From an uncultured Gemmatimonadales bacterium (GTDB taxonomy: Bacteria > Gemmatimonadota > Gemmatimonadetes > Longimicrobiales > RSA9), in assembly GCA_963798845.1 (NCBI GenBank), contig CAWCUS010000003.1:1-64000 (forward strand): 64,000 nt of DNA, given 5' to 3'. Positions 35,182 to 45,149 of the stretch are shown here, piece after piece. The position numbers and the translations under genes were made by a program. The notes beneath the pieces are model-generated. The model was not told where the DNA came from, did no database searches, and saw nothing but the letters and a program-made list of their open reading frames with translations. Position 1 is the stretch's first letter, and each line of letters opens with the position of its first letter.

Positions 35182-38069
35182 GCACGAACGGCGACACGAT
35201 CCCCTTCACGCTCGATGGCCGGCAGATCGAGGCGCGGCCGGGCGAGACCATCCTCCAGGCGGCCGGGCGCAGCGGCATCGCCATACCGCACCTCTGCTAC
35301 ACGGAGGGCATGCGGGTGGACGGGAACTGCCGCGCGTGCGTGGTCGAGATCGAAGGCGAGCGCGTGCTGGCGCCTTCGTGCCACCGCAAGCCGTCGGCCG
35401 GGATGAAGGTGAGGAGCGCGAGCGAGCGGGCCCGCTCGTCGCAGAAGATGGTGCTCGAGCTGCTCCGCAGCGACATGCCGGAGGAGCAGTACCGCGCCGA
35501 CTCCGAGCTGGCGCTCTGGGCCGCCCACCTGGGCGTGGGCGACGGCCGGTTCCCCCGCCGTCGCCAGCCGGCGCCCGACGCCTCGCACCCCGCCATCCTG
35601 GTGCGCCTGGACGCGTGCATCCAGTGCACTCGGTGCGTGCGGGCGTGCCGGGAGGTGCAGGTGAACGACGTCATCGGCTACGCCGCGCGCGGCGCCGACG
35701 CCCACATCGTCTTCGATTTCGACGACCCGATGGGCAGCAGCACGTGCGTGGCGTGCGGGGAGTGCGTGCAGGCGTGCCCGACCGGCGCCCTCATCCCGAA
35801 GCGCATCGCGGAGCCGAACGCGGTGATGTTCCCGGTGGACGAGTCGCTCTATGCGCCCTCGCTGGCCGGCCGCGCGTCCCGTGAGGAAGAAACCGTGGTC
35901 GCCGAGGCGAGCGTGGGCGACGCCACGACCAGCGTGCCATCGCTCTGTCCTTACTGCGGCGTGGGGTGCCAGGTCACGTACCACGAGAAGGGCGGGCGGA
36001 TCACGCATGTGACGGGGCGCGAGGGACCGGCGAACCTGGGCCGCCTGTGCGTGAAGGGGCGATTCGGCTTCGACTACGTTCACAACCGCCAGCGGCTGAC
36101 CACCCCGCTGATCCGGCGGGACGGCGTGCCCAAGAACCCCGACGCGCTGGTGGACCCGATGGACTGGGCGGACACGTTCCGGGAAGCCACGTGGGAGGAA
36201 GCGCTCGACGTCGCCGCGGCCGGGCTGCGCAGGATCCTGGACGAGCAGGGCGGCCAGGCGCTGGCGGGGTTCGGCTCGGCGAAGGGGAGCAACGAGGAGG
36301 CGTACCTCTTCCAGAAGCTGATCCGTGCGGGGTTCGGCACGAACAACGTGGACCACTGCACGCGGCTGTGCCACGCGTCGTCGGTCGCGGCGCTCATGGA
36401 GATGATAGGGTCGGGCGCCGTTTCCAACCCGTTCGCCGACGTTCAGTACGCGGACGTGTTCATCGTGATCGGGGCGAACCCCACGGTCAACCACCCCGTG
36501 GCCGCCACGCTCATGAAGAACGCCGTGAAGCGGGGCGCGAAGCTGATCCACATCGACCCGCGCGCCACGGAGATCTCCCGCTTCGCCACGCACGCGTTCC
36601 ACTTCAACCCCGGCACCGACGTGGCGCTGCTGAACGCCATGCTCCACACCATCGTGGAGGAGGACCTGGTCGACCGATCGTTCATCGACGCCCGTACGGA
36701 TGGCTGGGACGCGTTCCGGTCCAACCTGACCGCCTACGCGCCCGAGGTCATGGAGCCGATCTGCGGAATCCCCGCGGAGGAGATCCGGGCCGCCGCGCGC
36801 CTCTACGCCACGGCGAAGGCGTCGATGATCTTCTGGGGCATGGGCATCGCCCAGCACACCCACGGGACGAACAATGCCCGCTGCCTGATCAACCTTGCGC
36901 TCATCACGGGCCAGATCGGCCGGCGCGGCGCCGGGCTGCACCCGCTGCGCGGGCAGAACAACGTGCAGGGCGCGTCGGACATGGGACTCATCCCCATCGT
37001 CTACACCGACTACCAGCGGGTGACCGACCCGGCCGCCCGGTCGAAGTTCGAGACGTTCTGGGGCCGGAAGCTGGACCCGGAGAACGGACTCACCGTCGTC
37101 GAGATCATGAACGCGGCGCTGCGGCGCGAGATCCGGGGCATGTACATCATGGGGGAGAACCCGGCCATGTCGGACCCCGACCTGGAGCACGTGCGCGAGG
37201 CGCTGGCCACCATGGACTGGCTCGTGGTGCAGGAGATCTTCCTGACCGAGACCGCATCGTTCGCCGACGTGATCCTCCCCGCCACGGCGTTCATGGAAAA
37301 GACGGGCACGTTCACCAACTCCGACCGGCGGGTTCAGCTGGGCCGGAAGGTGCTGGATGCGCCGGGCGAGGCGCGGCAGGACCTGTGGATCATCGCAGAG
37401 CTCGGCCGGCGGATCGGGATGGACTGGACCTACGAGGGCCCGCAGGAAGTGTGGGAGGAGATCCGGCAGTGCACGCCCAGCATGGCCGGGATCACGTGGG
37501 ACCGGCTCGAACGGGAGCACGCAGTCACCTATCCCTGCCGGAACGTGGGAGACCCCGGCACCGAGGTGCTGTTCGAGGAGCGCTTCCCGACCGGGACCGG
37601 CCTGGGGCACCTGAAGCCGGTGGACTACACCCCGGCCGCCGAGCTGCCGGACGACGACTACCCGGACGTCCTGATCACCGGACGGATCCTGGAGCACTGG
37701 CACACGGGCGCCATGACGCGTCGCGCCGAGGTGCTGGACGCCATCGAGCCGGTGCCCATGGTCTCCATGAACCCCGGCGACATGCGCGCCCGCGGCCTCG
37801 AGGCCGGCGCCACCGTGACGCTCGAGACGCGCCGCGGGCACGTGGCCGCGCTGGTCCGGCTCGACCCGTCGATTCCTCACGGCGCCATCTTCCTGCCGTT
37901 CTGCTATGCGGAGGCGCCCGCCAACCTGATGACGAACCCGGCGCTGGACCCGGACGGCAAGATCCCGGAATTCAAGTACTGCGCGGTCCGGGTCACGCCG
38001 GGCGGGAATGTCCAGCGTGTGGGCTTCGCGGCCGCCACGGCCGGGAGTGGAGCCGGGCGGACGGGCTAG
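35178..38069 (+). CDS. Formate dehydrogenase alpha subunit (Mo/W-bisPGD, Cys ligand)
   Basis: N-terminal 2Fe-2S and 4Fe-4S motifs, CPYCGVGC, NNVDHCTRLCHASS, LRGQNNVQG, IPEFKYCAV; ATGA overlap. Confidence 0.93.
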   Translation: MSTNGDTIPFTLDGRQIEARPGETILQAAGRSGIAIPHLCYTEGMRVDGNCRACVVEIEGERVLAPSCHRKPSAGMKVRSASERARSSQKMVLELLRSDMPEEQYRADSELALWAAHLGVGDGRFPRRRQPAPDASHPAILVRLDACIQCTRCVRACREVQVNDVIGYAARGADAHIVFDFDDPMGSSTCVACGECVQACPTGALIPKRIAEPNAVMFPVDESLYAPSLAGRASREEETVVAEASVGDATTSVPSLCPYCGVGCQVTYHEKGGRITHVTGREGPANLGRLCVKGRFGFDYVHNRQRLTTPLIRRDGVPKNPDALVDPMDWADTFREATWEEALDVAAAGLRRILDEQGGQALAGFGSAKGSNEEAYLFQKLIRAGFGTNNVDHCTRLCHASSVAALMEMIGSGAVSNPFADVQYADVFIVIGANPTVNHPVAATLMKNAVKRGAKLIHIDPRATEISRFATHAFHFNPGTDVALLNAMLHTIVEEDLVDRSFIDARTDGWDAFRSNLTAYAPEVMEPICGIPAEEIRAAARLYATAKASMIFWGMGIAQHTHGTNNARCLINLALITGQIGRRGAGLHPLRGQNNVQGASDMGLIPIVYTDYQRVTDPAARSKFETFWGRKLDPENGLTVVEIMNAALRREIRGMYIMGENPAMSDPDLEHVREALATMDWLVVQEIFLTETASFADVILPATAFMEKTGTFTNSDRRVQLGRKVLDAPGEARQDLWIIAELGRRIGMDWTYEGPQEVWEEIRQCTPSMAGITWDRLEREHAVTYPCRNVGDPGTEVLFEERFPTGTGLGHLKPVDYTPAAELPDDDYPDVLITGRILEHWHTGAMTRRAEVLDAIEPVPMVSMNPGDMRARGLEAGATVTLETRRGHVAALVRLDPSIPHGAIFLPFCYAEAPANLMTNPALDPDGKIPEFKYCAVRVTPGGNVQRVGFAAATAGSGAGRTG

Positions 38070-38749
38070 TCGCCCCTCGCCGCGCGGCTCGACGCCGCCA
38101 GCACCCTCTCCAGCCACTCCATGGCGTCCCGGAGCTCGTCCGGGATGATGCCGTGGTTCATGGCGTAGTCGTGGGCCTCCAGATCGGCGCCCGCCGAGCG
38201 GAGCGATTCCCGCCCCCGTCGCGCCAGCGCCAGCGGGATGGCCGGGTCCCTGGCGCCGTGGCCCCAGAAGAAGCGCGTGCGGCCGACGGTCTCCGGCGTG
38301 ACCACCACGTCGGGGTGGCTGGGGAGGAACCCGCTGAGGTTCATGACCCCTGGAACGGCGTCCGGATGGCTGAGGGCGTAACCCAGCGCCAGCGTACCGC
38401 CTTGCGAGAACCCGCCCAGCACAATGGCCCCCGGCTGGAAGCCCAGGTCCGTCTCCAGGGATGAAATCAACCGCCCCAGCGCCGCCAGGGAGTCGGAAAA
38501 GCTGGCAACGTCCGGACGATCGTCACCCTCGTACCTGTACCACGCCCACCCGTCGCCGTAGCCCCACGGCGCCCCGGGGTGGGGCGCCTGGGGCAGGGCG
38601 AGGGCGACGCGGTCGGGCACCCAGCCGCGGAACCCCGCCAGATCCGCAGCCCCCGCGCCCCGCCCGTGCATCAGGACGAGGACTGGCGTGCCGTCGCGAG
38701 GGTGGGTCGGTGGCAGCAGCTGCATTTCCAGATCCGCAGGCATCGGCAT
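38066..38749 (-). CDS. Phospholipase/carboxylesterase alpha/beta hydrolase
   Basis: MHGRG, GFSQGG, HGARDP, NHGI; start 38749 or 38743. Confidence 0.88.
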   Translation of the reverse strand: MPMPADLEMQLLPPTHPRDGTPVLVLMHGRGAGAADLAGFRGWVPDRVALALPQAPHPGAPWGYGDGWAWYRYEGDDRPDVASFSDSLAALGRLISSLETDLGFQPGAIVLGGFSQGGTLALGYALSHPDAVPGVMNLSGFLPSHPDVVVTPETVGRTRFFWGHGARDPAIPLALARRGRESLRSAGADLEAHDYAMNHGIIPDELRDAMEWLERVLAASSRAARGD

Positions 38750-38783
38750 CCCCGCAGTCCGCGGCGAGACATCCGCATCCCGC

Positions 38784-40172
38784 CTACCGTTTCGACGTCC
38801 GCTCGCTGCGGCCACCCTCCGCGGCGTTCTTCCCCCGGCCGGTCACGTCCCGGAACTGCACCACCGCGCCGGTCGAGATGCGCCTGGCAAGAAAGGCGGC
38901 GTCCCAGTTCGTGAGGCGAACGCAGCCGTGGGAAGTCACGTACCCGATCGTCTCGGGCGCGTTGGTCCCATGGACTCCGTAGTGGGGCTTGGACAGCTGC
39001 ATCCAAACCACTCCGACTGCGTTGTTCGGGCCGCCCGGCAGCATGGCGTCGTCCCGTGTCGAGTCCTCGCCCGTGAGCAGCTTGGGCTGGTAATGCCACT
39101 GCGGATCGAAGGTGATGGACTCCACGCTGAAGCTCCCCGTGGGCGACGGCGCGTAATCGGAGCCGAGGGTGGACGGGAAGTGGTAGAGCAGCCTGCCGTC
39201 TGCGCCGAGAGCGTGGACGTAGTGCCCACCGTCGGAGATGACCAGCCTCTTCACCTCACTCCCGCCACGATACGAGCCCGAGGGGAGGTCGCCGGCCAGG
39301 AACGGGGTCACGGCCGGCACCTGCAGCGTCTGCCCGGCCTCGACCGAGTCGAGGTCGACGCCCGGGTTCAGCTGGCCGAGCAGCGCGGGCGTGCTGTGGA
39401 ACACCTCCGCCAGCTTCTCATGCAGCGACTGGTAGCAGAGGCAGTCCATGTCGGCGCGCTGATAGACGTCCTCCGGCAGGTCGACGAACGGCCCCGAGAC
39501 TTCCGCCCGGGTGAGGGTGTGCTTGCGCACCTGCGCCGGCCCCGCGTGTTGCACGAGGGCGTCCAGGGTCGCCCCGTCCACGGACCCGGTGGCGTCCAGC
39601 CCCTGCGCGCGCTGGAACCAGTACACGGCCTTCTCCGTGTTCTTCCCCCACCGGCCGTCGATGATCCCCGGGGAGAACCGGGCCTGGTCGAGGAGGATCT
39701 GGATCCGTGCGACCGCCGGACCCTCCACGTCACCCCCGATGGGGAACGAGGCGGGCTGCGCGTTCACGGCGCGGGGGCTTATCTCGTCCCACGACTGCGT
39801 CGCCGCGCCCGCGCCGCCTGCCACCGCGCTCCCGCTCGCGGGCTTGCCGCCGGCATCGGCCGCAGCGCTGCTGTCCGGGCCGGGCGAGGTGCCCTGGCTG
39901 GCCGGGCCGACGCCTTCGGTGTCGCTCCGGGCGAAGGGGCGCCAGGAGGAGTCGAGGCGGCCCGCCTCGAGCTCTGCGCGAGAGAGCGTGTCCGTGCCGT
40001 CCGCGAACGCGTCTGCGACGCCCGCCGCCCCCGACGCGGCGGAATCGGTGCCCGGGGCCGGCGTCGCCGCGGACGCCACGGTGTCCCCCGACCGGGTGGC
40101 GGGGGAATGATCGTTTCCGCCGCACCCGGCCATCAGCAGCGTGGCCAGGAGCGCGAGATGCGTGTGCTTCAT
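38784..40172 (-). CDS. L,D-transpeptidase lipoprotein with PG-binding and LysM-like domains
   Basis: MAGC lipobox, FSPGIIDG..GKNT, GPNNAVG, YGVHGT, SHGCVRL. Confidence 0.92.
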   Translation of the reverse strand: MKHTHLALLATLLMAGCGGNDHSPATRSGDTVASAATPAPGTDSAASGAAGVADAFADGTDTLSRAELEAGRLDSSWRPFARSDTEGVGPASQGTSPGPDSSAAADAGGKPASGSAVAGGAGAATQSWDEISPRAVNAQPASFPIGGDVEGPAVARIQILLDQARFSPGIIDGRWGKNTEKAVYWFQRAQGLDATGSVDGATLDALVQHAGPAQVRKHTLTRAEVSGPFVDLPEDVYQRADMDCLCYQSLHEKLAEVFHSTPALLGQLNPGVDLDSVEAGQTLQVPAVTPFLAGDLPSGSYRGGSEVKRLVISDGGHYVHALGADGRLLYHFPSTLGSDYAPSPTGSFSVESITFDPQWHYQPKLLTGEDSTRDDAMLPGGPNNAVGVVWMQLSKPHYGVHGTNAPETIGYVTSHGCVRLTNWDAAFLARRISTGAVVQFRDVTGRGKNAAEGGRSERTSKR

Positions 40173-40212
40173 GCTTGTTTCCCCGTCGGTGATGGATCCG
40201 GACAGGGAAAGG

Positions 40213-40228
40213 AGCAATGGGCGTGCCC
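40213..40228 (-). promoter_or_regulatory. Probable sigma54 promoter of the L,D-transpeptidase
   Basis: Minus strand GGGCAC-GCCCA-TTGCT, 40 nt upstream of the ATG. Confidence 0.6.
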
Positions 40229-40239
40229 GCCGCGCTGGT

Positions 40240-41823
40240 TCAGCCCTGGGTGCCCTTCAGCCTTTCGACGTAGCCGAACAGTCCAGCCTGCCGGGCGCCA
40301 CCCTGGCGGATGACGTCCATGGCGCGCAGCAGCTGCACGTCGGCGTCCACGTCCCGCTCCTTGACGAAGGCGTCGCCAAAGGCCATCCGGCCGACCAGAC
40401 TGAGCAGCGCGCGGTCGACATACGCGGAGCCCGCGTCGTAGACGGGGCGATCGATGTCCACGCCCTTTTCGCTCAGCCGGCGATAGAGCTCGTCGCGCCA
40501 CGCCTGCGTGACCTGGAAGTCCCGGCTCACCCCCTCCTTCAGCTGCGACGCGTAGTCGAACACGGTCACGTTGAAGTCGGGCGACTTGGGCGCGATGGCC
40601 TTGATCAGCGCCTGCTCGGCCGTGCTGAACGTGTCCGCCTTCACCTCCAGGTCTGGCATGATCCCGCCGCCGCCGTACACCGTGCGGCCTGCGTCCGAGT
40701 GGTACGTGGGTCGCTGGTCGCGTCCGGCGGCGAAGTGCGTGGAGTCGTCCACCTCCACGAGCCTGCCGTTCTGGAGCACGCGCTCCCGGTGGATGCTCCG
40801 GCCGCTCGGCGTGTACCACTTCCCAGTGGTCATCTTCAGCACGTACCCGCCGTCGACCCGGTACGCGGTCTGGACCAGCCCCTTCCCGAACGACGTGGTG
40901 CCCATGATGACCGCGCGGTCGTGGTCCTGGAGCGCGCCCGCCACGATCTCGGACGCCGAGGCGGAGCCGCCGTCCACCAGCACGACGAGCGGCACATCCG
41001 GGGCGACCGGGTCGTCGTGATTCACGTAATCCGTGTCATCGCTGCCGCGCTCCCACTGCCGGGCGATCTCCGCGTCCTTCGGCAGGAACAGCCCGGCTAT
41101 GTCCACGGCCTGATCGACGATGCCGCCGCCGTTGCCGCGCAGGTCGAACACGATCCCGTGCGCGCCCTGCTGCACGAGCTGCTCCACGGACTCACGCATC
41201 TCCTTGCCGGCCGTCTCGTTGAACTGGAGCAGCGGGACATACCCGATGCTGTCCTCGAGCATGACCGCGTAGGGCACCGCCGGGATGCGGACCACGGCGC
41301 GTGTGATGCGCGCGCGGATCGGATCCGTCGCTCCCCGTCTGAGGAAGTTCACTTCCACGATCGTCCCGGGCTCGCCCTTCAGCGCGTTGGCGACCCGATC
41401 CAGCGACCAGGCGCTCACGTCATCGCCATCGATCCCGGTGACGCGATCACCCACCTGCACGCCGATCCGCTCCGCCGGCGTGTTCGGGAACACGCGCTGC
41501 ACCACGGCCGACCCGGCCTGCGCCTCGATGAGCATGCCGACGCCGGCATAGTGCCCCTCGTACGCCACCTCGAACTCCTCGAGCTCCTCGGGCGTGAAGA
41601 GGTCCGCGTAGGGGTCGTCGAGGCGGTCGACCAGCCCCTCGGCCGCCCGCTCGTAGACGTCGGAGACGTCGAGCGTGTCCACGAACCGCGTCGAGATCAG
41701 CGTGACCACGTCCCGGAACAGGTTCGGTCCCGTCTGGTCCTCGGGGTCCGGCAGGATGAAACCGCCGAGCGCGAAGGCGGCGGCGATGACTGCGACGAAC
41801 CCGGCCTTCTTGGCGTGACGCAT
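40240..41823 (-). CDS. ctpA: S41 C-terminal processing peptidase
   Basis: LDDPY, PDZ domain, DLRGNGGG, SASASEIVAGALQD, TSFGKG. Confidence 0.92.
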   Translation of the reverse strand: MRHAKKAGFVAVIAAAFALGGFILPDPEDQTGPNLFRDVVTLISTRFVDTLDVSDVYERAAEGLVDRLDDPYADLFTPEELEEFEVAYEGHYAGVGMLIEAQAGSAVVQRVFPNTPAERIGVQVGDRVTGIDGDDVSAWSLDRVANALKGEPGTIVEVNFLRRGATDPIRARITRAVVRIPAVPYAVMLEDSIGYVPLLQFNETAGKEMRESVEQLVQQGAHGIVFDLRGNGGGIVDQAVDIAGLFLPKDAEIARQWERGSDDTDYVNHDDPVAPDVPLVVLVDGGSASASEIVAGALQDHDRAVIMGTTSFGKGLVQTAYRVDGGYVLKMTTGKWYTPSGRSIHRERVLQNGRLVEVDDSTHFAAGRDQRPTYHSDAGRTVYGGGGIMPDLEVKADTFSTAEQALIKAIAPKSPDFNVTVFDYASQLKEGVSRDFQVTQAWRDELYRRLSEKGVDIDRPVYDAGSAYVDRALLSLVGRMAFGDAFVKERDVDADVQLLRAMDVIRQGGARQAGLFGYVERLKGTQG

Positions 41824-42012
41824 GCGATCTCATCGATGAGGGTGAAGGGCGCTCGGTGGCCCGTAGCTACTACTCGGCACCCACGTGGGCGTTCCGGCGT
41901 ACGCACCGGGCTCACCAGTGTAAACGCGTCAGGGCGGTGTTTCCAGCCTGTCGCGGGCGGAACCCGGGTCTTTCACGAGCCGGAGCCCGCCACGCCGGCG
42001 TGGCGACGCGGC

Positions 42013-43071
42013 TCAGTCCAGCGTGGCGACCTCAATGTTCCGGATCTGCTCGCCGTGGTGGCGGCGGTAGAACACCTTGCGCTCCACGGCCTCGATCACG
42101 GCCGGGCCGAAGTCCACGCCTTCCAGCTCGCGCGCACTGTGCAGCCCGCCCGCGCTGATGGCGTTGATCTCCACCAGCCGATCCCCGACCACGTCCAGGC
42201 CGGCGAAGAAGATGCCGTCCTTCACCAGCCTGGGCCCCACGATGCGGGCGACCCGAAGCATGCGCTCGTCCACTTTCGCCCGCTCCGCGCTCCCGCCCGC
42301 GCTCATGTTGCTGCGGAAGTCCCCGGGTGCTGCCCGCCGCCGGATGGCTGCGCACCGGCCGTCGACGCAAAGTGGGCTGCCGTTCACCAGGAACAGGCGC
42401 GTGTCGCCCTCGGCCGCCGCCGGGAGGTACTCCTGCGCGATCACATAGCTGCCGCGGGAGAGCGACTCGATGATCTGCCGGAGGTTCTCGGCGTCCCGGT
42501 CCACCAGGAACACGTCCGTCCCCCCGTGGCCGAGGAGGGGCTTCAGCACCACGCGTCCGCCCACCCGCTCCTGGAACTCCACCACACGCTCGTAGCTGCG
42601 CGTGATGATCGCCGCGGGACGCACCGCCGCGGGGAACTGCTGCAGGTACATCTTGCTGATTGCCGCGGGGAGGCTGTGCGGGTGGTTCAGGACGATCACG
42701 CCACGCTCCACCGCCACCTGCCCGAACAGGATCCCCGCGTTCTGCGCCCAGGCGTCCTCCCCCACTTCTTCGGTGGGGTTGTAGCGCAGCCAGATCACGT
42801 CCAGGTTCCGCGTGGTCACGGTCTCGCGCGGGGCAGCGGGGCCGCGCACGGCCTCCAGCAGCGCCGCTTCCGATTCGGGCGCCACGCTCCCGGCCCCGCC
42901 CGGGCACAGGCGGGCCCGCGCGCCCACCTGCCCGTCGGCGAAGTACTCCAGCTCCCGCACCCCGGCCAGAAAGACATCGTGGCCGCGCCGGCACGCGGCG
43001 AGAGCCAGGAGCGTGGTGGTGGCCACCTCCAGCTCGGTGTCCGGGTCGTTCACCACCAGCAGCAGCCGCAT
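42013..43071 (-). CDS. Glutathione synthetase-like (GshB) ATP-grasp ligase
   Basis: IWLRYNP, VLKPLLGHGG, AQEYLP...GDTRLF, DFRSNMSAGG, GLDVVG..LVEIN; TGATG overlap with the upstream gene. Confidence 0.88.
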   Translation of the reverse strand: MRLLLVVNDPDTELEVATTTLLALAACRRGHDVFLAGVRELEYFADGQVGARARLCPGGAGSVAPESEAALLEAVRGPAAPRETVTTRNLDVIWLRYNPTEEVGEDAWAQNAGILFGQVAVERGVIVLNHPHSLPAAISKMYLQQFPAAVRPAAIITRSYERVVEFQERVGGRVVLKPLLGHGGTDVFLVDRDAENLRQIIESLSRGSYVIAQEYLPAAAEGDTRLFLVNGSPLCVDGRCAAIRRRAAPGDFRSNMSAGGSAERAKVDERMLRVARIVGPRLVKDGIFFAGLDVVGDRLVEINAISAGGLHSARELEGVDFGPAVIEAVERKVFYRRHHGEQIRNIEVATLD

Positions 43072-44921
43072 CAGCGCCCGTCCCCGCCAGACCCGGCCAT
43101 GGCGTGCATCGGGATCCCGGCGCGGAGCGCGTCCAGCCGCTCGCGCACGGACGGCCGCTCCAGGAAGCGGGGAAGCAGCGGCACGGCGTGCAGGACCCCC
43201 CGCTCCCGCAGCTCCTGGAGGATTTCCAGGTGGGCCGGGGCGATCTTCCCCACGTACAGCGGCTCCAGCTCGCCGCCAGCTCGCAGGTGCGCCACCACTT
43301 CGCTGAACCCGCGCAGGTAGATCATGTCGCGGGTGAACCCGCCGGCGGTGTGCACCCGGGCGATCAGGTCGAACGCGCTTCGGGGCGGAAAGCCGTGGTC
43401 GCGGTGGAGCGACCGGAACCCGTCCACGAAACCGGCGCCATCCAGCAGCTCGCTCACCGCGACCACTCGCCCGGCCAGGTGGCGCAGGCGAGCCGGAGTG
43501 AGCCCGCCCACCAGGTACTCGGCCAGAACGCCCAGCCCCTCCTGAAAGCCGTCGTACCCCGCCAACCCCTGCCTGAGCTGCTGGAATGGCTGCGCTGCGC
43601 CGTTCACGTACGTGAGCACGTGCGTCCCGACCTCGTGCTGGAGCAGCGCGTCGACGCGGGCCGGGGCCAGCGCCAGGGCGCGGCCGACCAGCAGCTTGCC
43701 CGACGACACCATCAGCCCCGAGACGTCCGGGCGCACCTGGGCTTCCGAGCGGAATTCGGGATACGCGCGACGGTACGCCGCGAACTCCTGCCTCGCCACC
43801 GCCGCGAATTCTTCCGCGCCCACGGCGCCTTCGGACGAAGAGGGCGAAGAGGGCGGAACGCGCTCGAGGATTTCCGTCGCCTGCTGGCGCAGCGCCGCGT
43901 CCGGGTGGCCGAACAGCCGGATGCTCGAGTGGAGGAACGCCGGCGTGTTCCGGTCGTCCACCAGCGACACCTCCCGGTCCAGCTCGTCCCGTTTCTCGCG
44001 CAGCAGCCGCCATACCGCCGGATCCTCCACTTCCTCGACGCGCAGCTCGTACAGGCGCCGCTTCACGAGGTCGGGGTCCAGCGGCAGGAGCCGGTAGTGG
44101 AACTCCGGCGCCCGCTCGAAAGCGTCGTGGCGGAAGCGGTGCCACGCCTCCTCCGGGTTCACGGGCGCGACCAGGAGAAGCGAGTCGAAGGACGCGCTGA
44201 TGTGCGCGAGCGAGCGGTCCACCTCCCACACCGCGGGCCCCAGGCGGCGGCGCCCGAGCGCACGATAGCTCGACAGCTGCGCGCCCGTCTGAACGCGCAC
44301 GAACTCGAACACGGCACGGCGAAGCACGCGCGAGAGGCCGTGGGCCAGCCGGCGGAGAAAGACGGGATAGAGTGCGCCGGTGTCCGGGTCACGGTAGAGC
44401 GGCGGGACGGCGACGCCCACGAGGAGCGCCCCGGCGGCGTGCGACTCGTGGACGGTGAGCAGCGGAGGCAGGCCGGGAGGATGGCGTTCGTCCGTGGCCT
44501 CCACCTCCACGGGCTCGCGACGCCGCCCCACGTCCAGCTCCTCCAGCCCGACGGCCATCGTCCGTACCGTGGCCGGGGCAGGGCCGTCCGGTCCGAGGAC
44601 GCGGAAGCGCGCCGCGCCCTCCCACAGCTCCACCACCAGGAACGAGCCGTGAGCGGCCACGCCGGCGTCCACCACTTCGTGCACCAGTGCGCGCACGGCC
44701 GAGGGCTCCGCGGCGGCATCGGCCACCAGCCACGACGCTTCGCCGGCCACGAGCTGCGCCACCGGGTCGGCTTCGCGACGCTGCCGCACCACCAGGAGGA
44801 ACGGCCGCGACCCGTCCAGCACCAGCCGCCCGGCCGGCGTGCGCCGGTCCAGGGACTCCCCACCCTCGAACACGGCGCGCAACCCGCGCTCGCGCTGGCG
44901 GGGGGATCGCAAACGGGACAA
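43071..44921 (-). CDS. QEGLA-motif / DUF1704 (MATCAP-like) metallocarboxypeptidase; start approximate
   Basis: LLQHEVGTHVLTYVNG (HExxxH), FQEGLGVLAEY, GGFTRDMIYLRG, LYVGKI. Confidence 0.85.
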   Translation of the reverse strand: MSRLRSPRQRERGLRAVFEGGESLDRRTPAGRLVLDGSRPFLLVVRQRREADPVAQLVAGEASWLVADAAAEPSAVRALVHEVVDAGVAAHGSFLVVELWEGAARFRVLGPDGPAPATVRTMAVGLEELDVGRRREPVEVEATDERHPPGLPPLLTVHESHAAGALLVGVAVPPLYRDPDTGALYPVFLRRLAHGLSRVLRRAVFEFVRVQTGAQLSSYRALGRRRLGPAVWEVDRSLAHISASFDSLLLVAPVNPEEAWHRFRHDAFERAPEFHYRLLPLDPDLVKRRLYELRVEEVEDPAVWRLLREKRDELDREVSLVDDRNTPAFLHSSIRLFGHPDAALRQQATEILERVPPSSPSSSEGAVGAEEFAAVARQEFAAYRRAYPEFRSEAQVRPDVSGLMVSSGKLLVGRALALAPARVDALLQHEVGTHVLTYVNGAAQPFQQLRQGLAGYDGFQEGLGVLAEYLVGGLTPARLRHLAGRVVAVSELLDGAGFVDGFRSLHRDHGFPPRSAFDLIARVHTAGGFTRDMIYLRGFSEVVAHLRAGGELEPLYVGKIAPAHLEILQELRERGVLHAVPLLPRFLERPSVRERLDALRAGIPMHAMAGSGGDGR

Positions 44922-45014
44922 CGGCTCGCGGGCAGTCAGGAGCAGCCTCTGGTCTGGTGGCGCTGCGGCCCGGCAGGCGCGCCGCGTGGCCGCATCGTTT
45001 GGCCGCTCGCGGGG

Positions 45015-45031
45015 TGCAAGGCAGGTGCCAG
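45015..45031 (-). promoter_or_regulatory. Consensus sigma54 promoter for the QEGLA-GshB operon
   Basis: Minus strand CTGGCAC-CTGCC-TTGCA matches the -24/-12 consensus. Confidence 0.75.
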
Positions 45032-45149
45032 CTGCGGCCGCGTGTTTGCCCGATGGGGCCCGGCCGCAGACATTGTCGCCAACCCACCCGCCAAGGAGGG
45101 CACCGTTCATCACCACGTCGACAGGACCCGCAGGGGCTCCGGCATCCTG

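Noticed and set aside
36350..36380. Selenocysteine in formate dehydrogenase
   Set aside because: The ligand codon is TGC (Cys); there is no in-frame TGA.
34794..38117. 1107-aa minus-strand ORF, and similar long ORFs such as 40141-43320, 50131-52644 and 2855-4765
   Set aside because: Stop-poor shadow frames typical of high-GC DNA, opposite well-supported genes.
42660..45100. N-terminal part of the 1315-aa plus-strand ORF
   Set aside because: Antisense shadow of the QEGLA/GshB genes; only the TreT-like part has family motifs.
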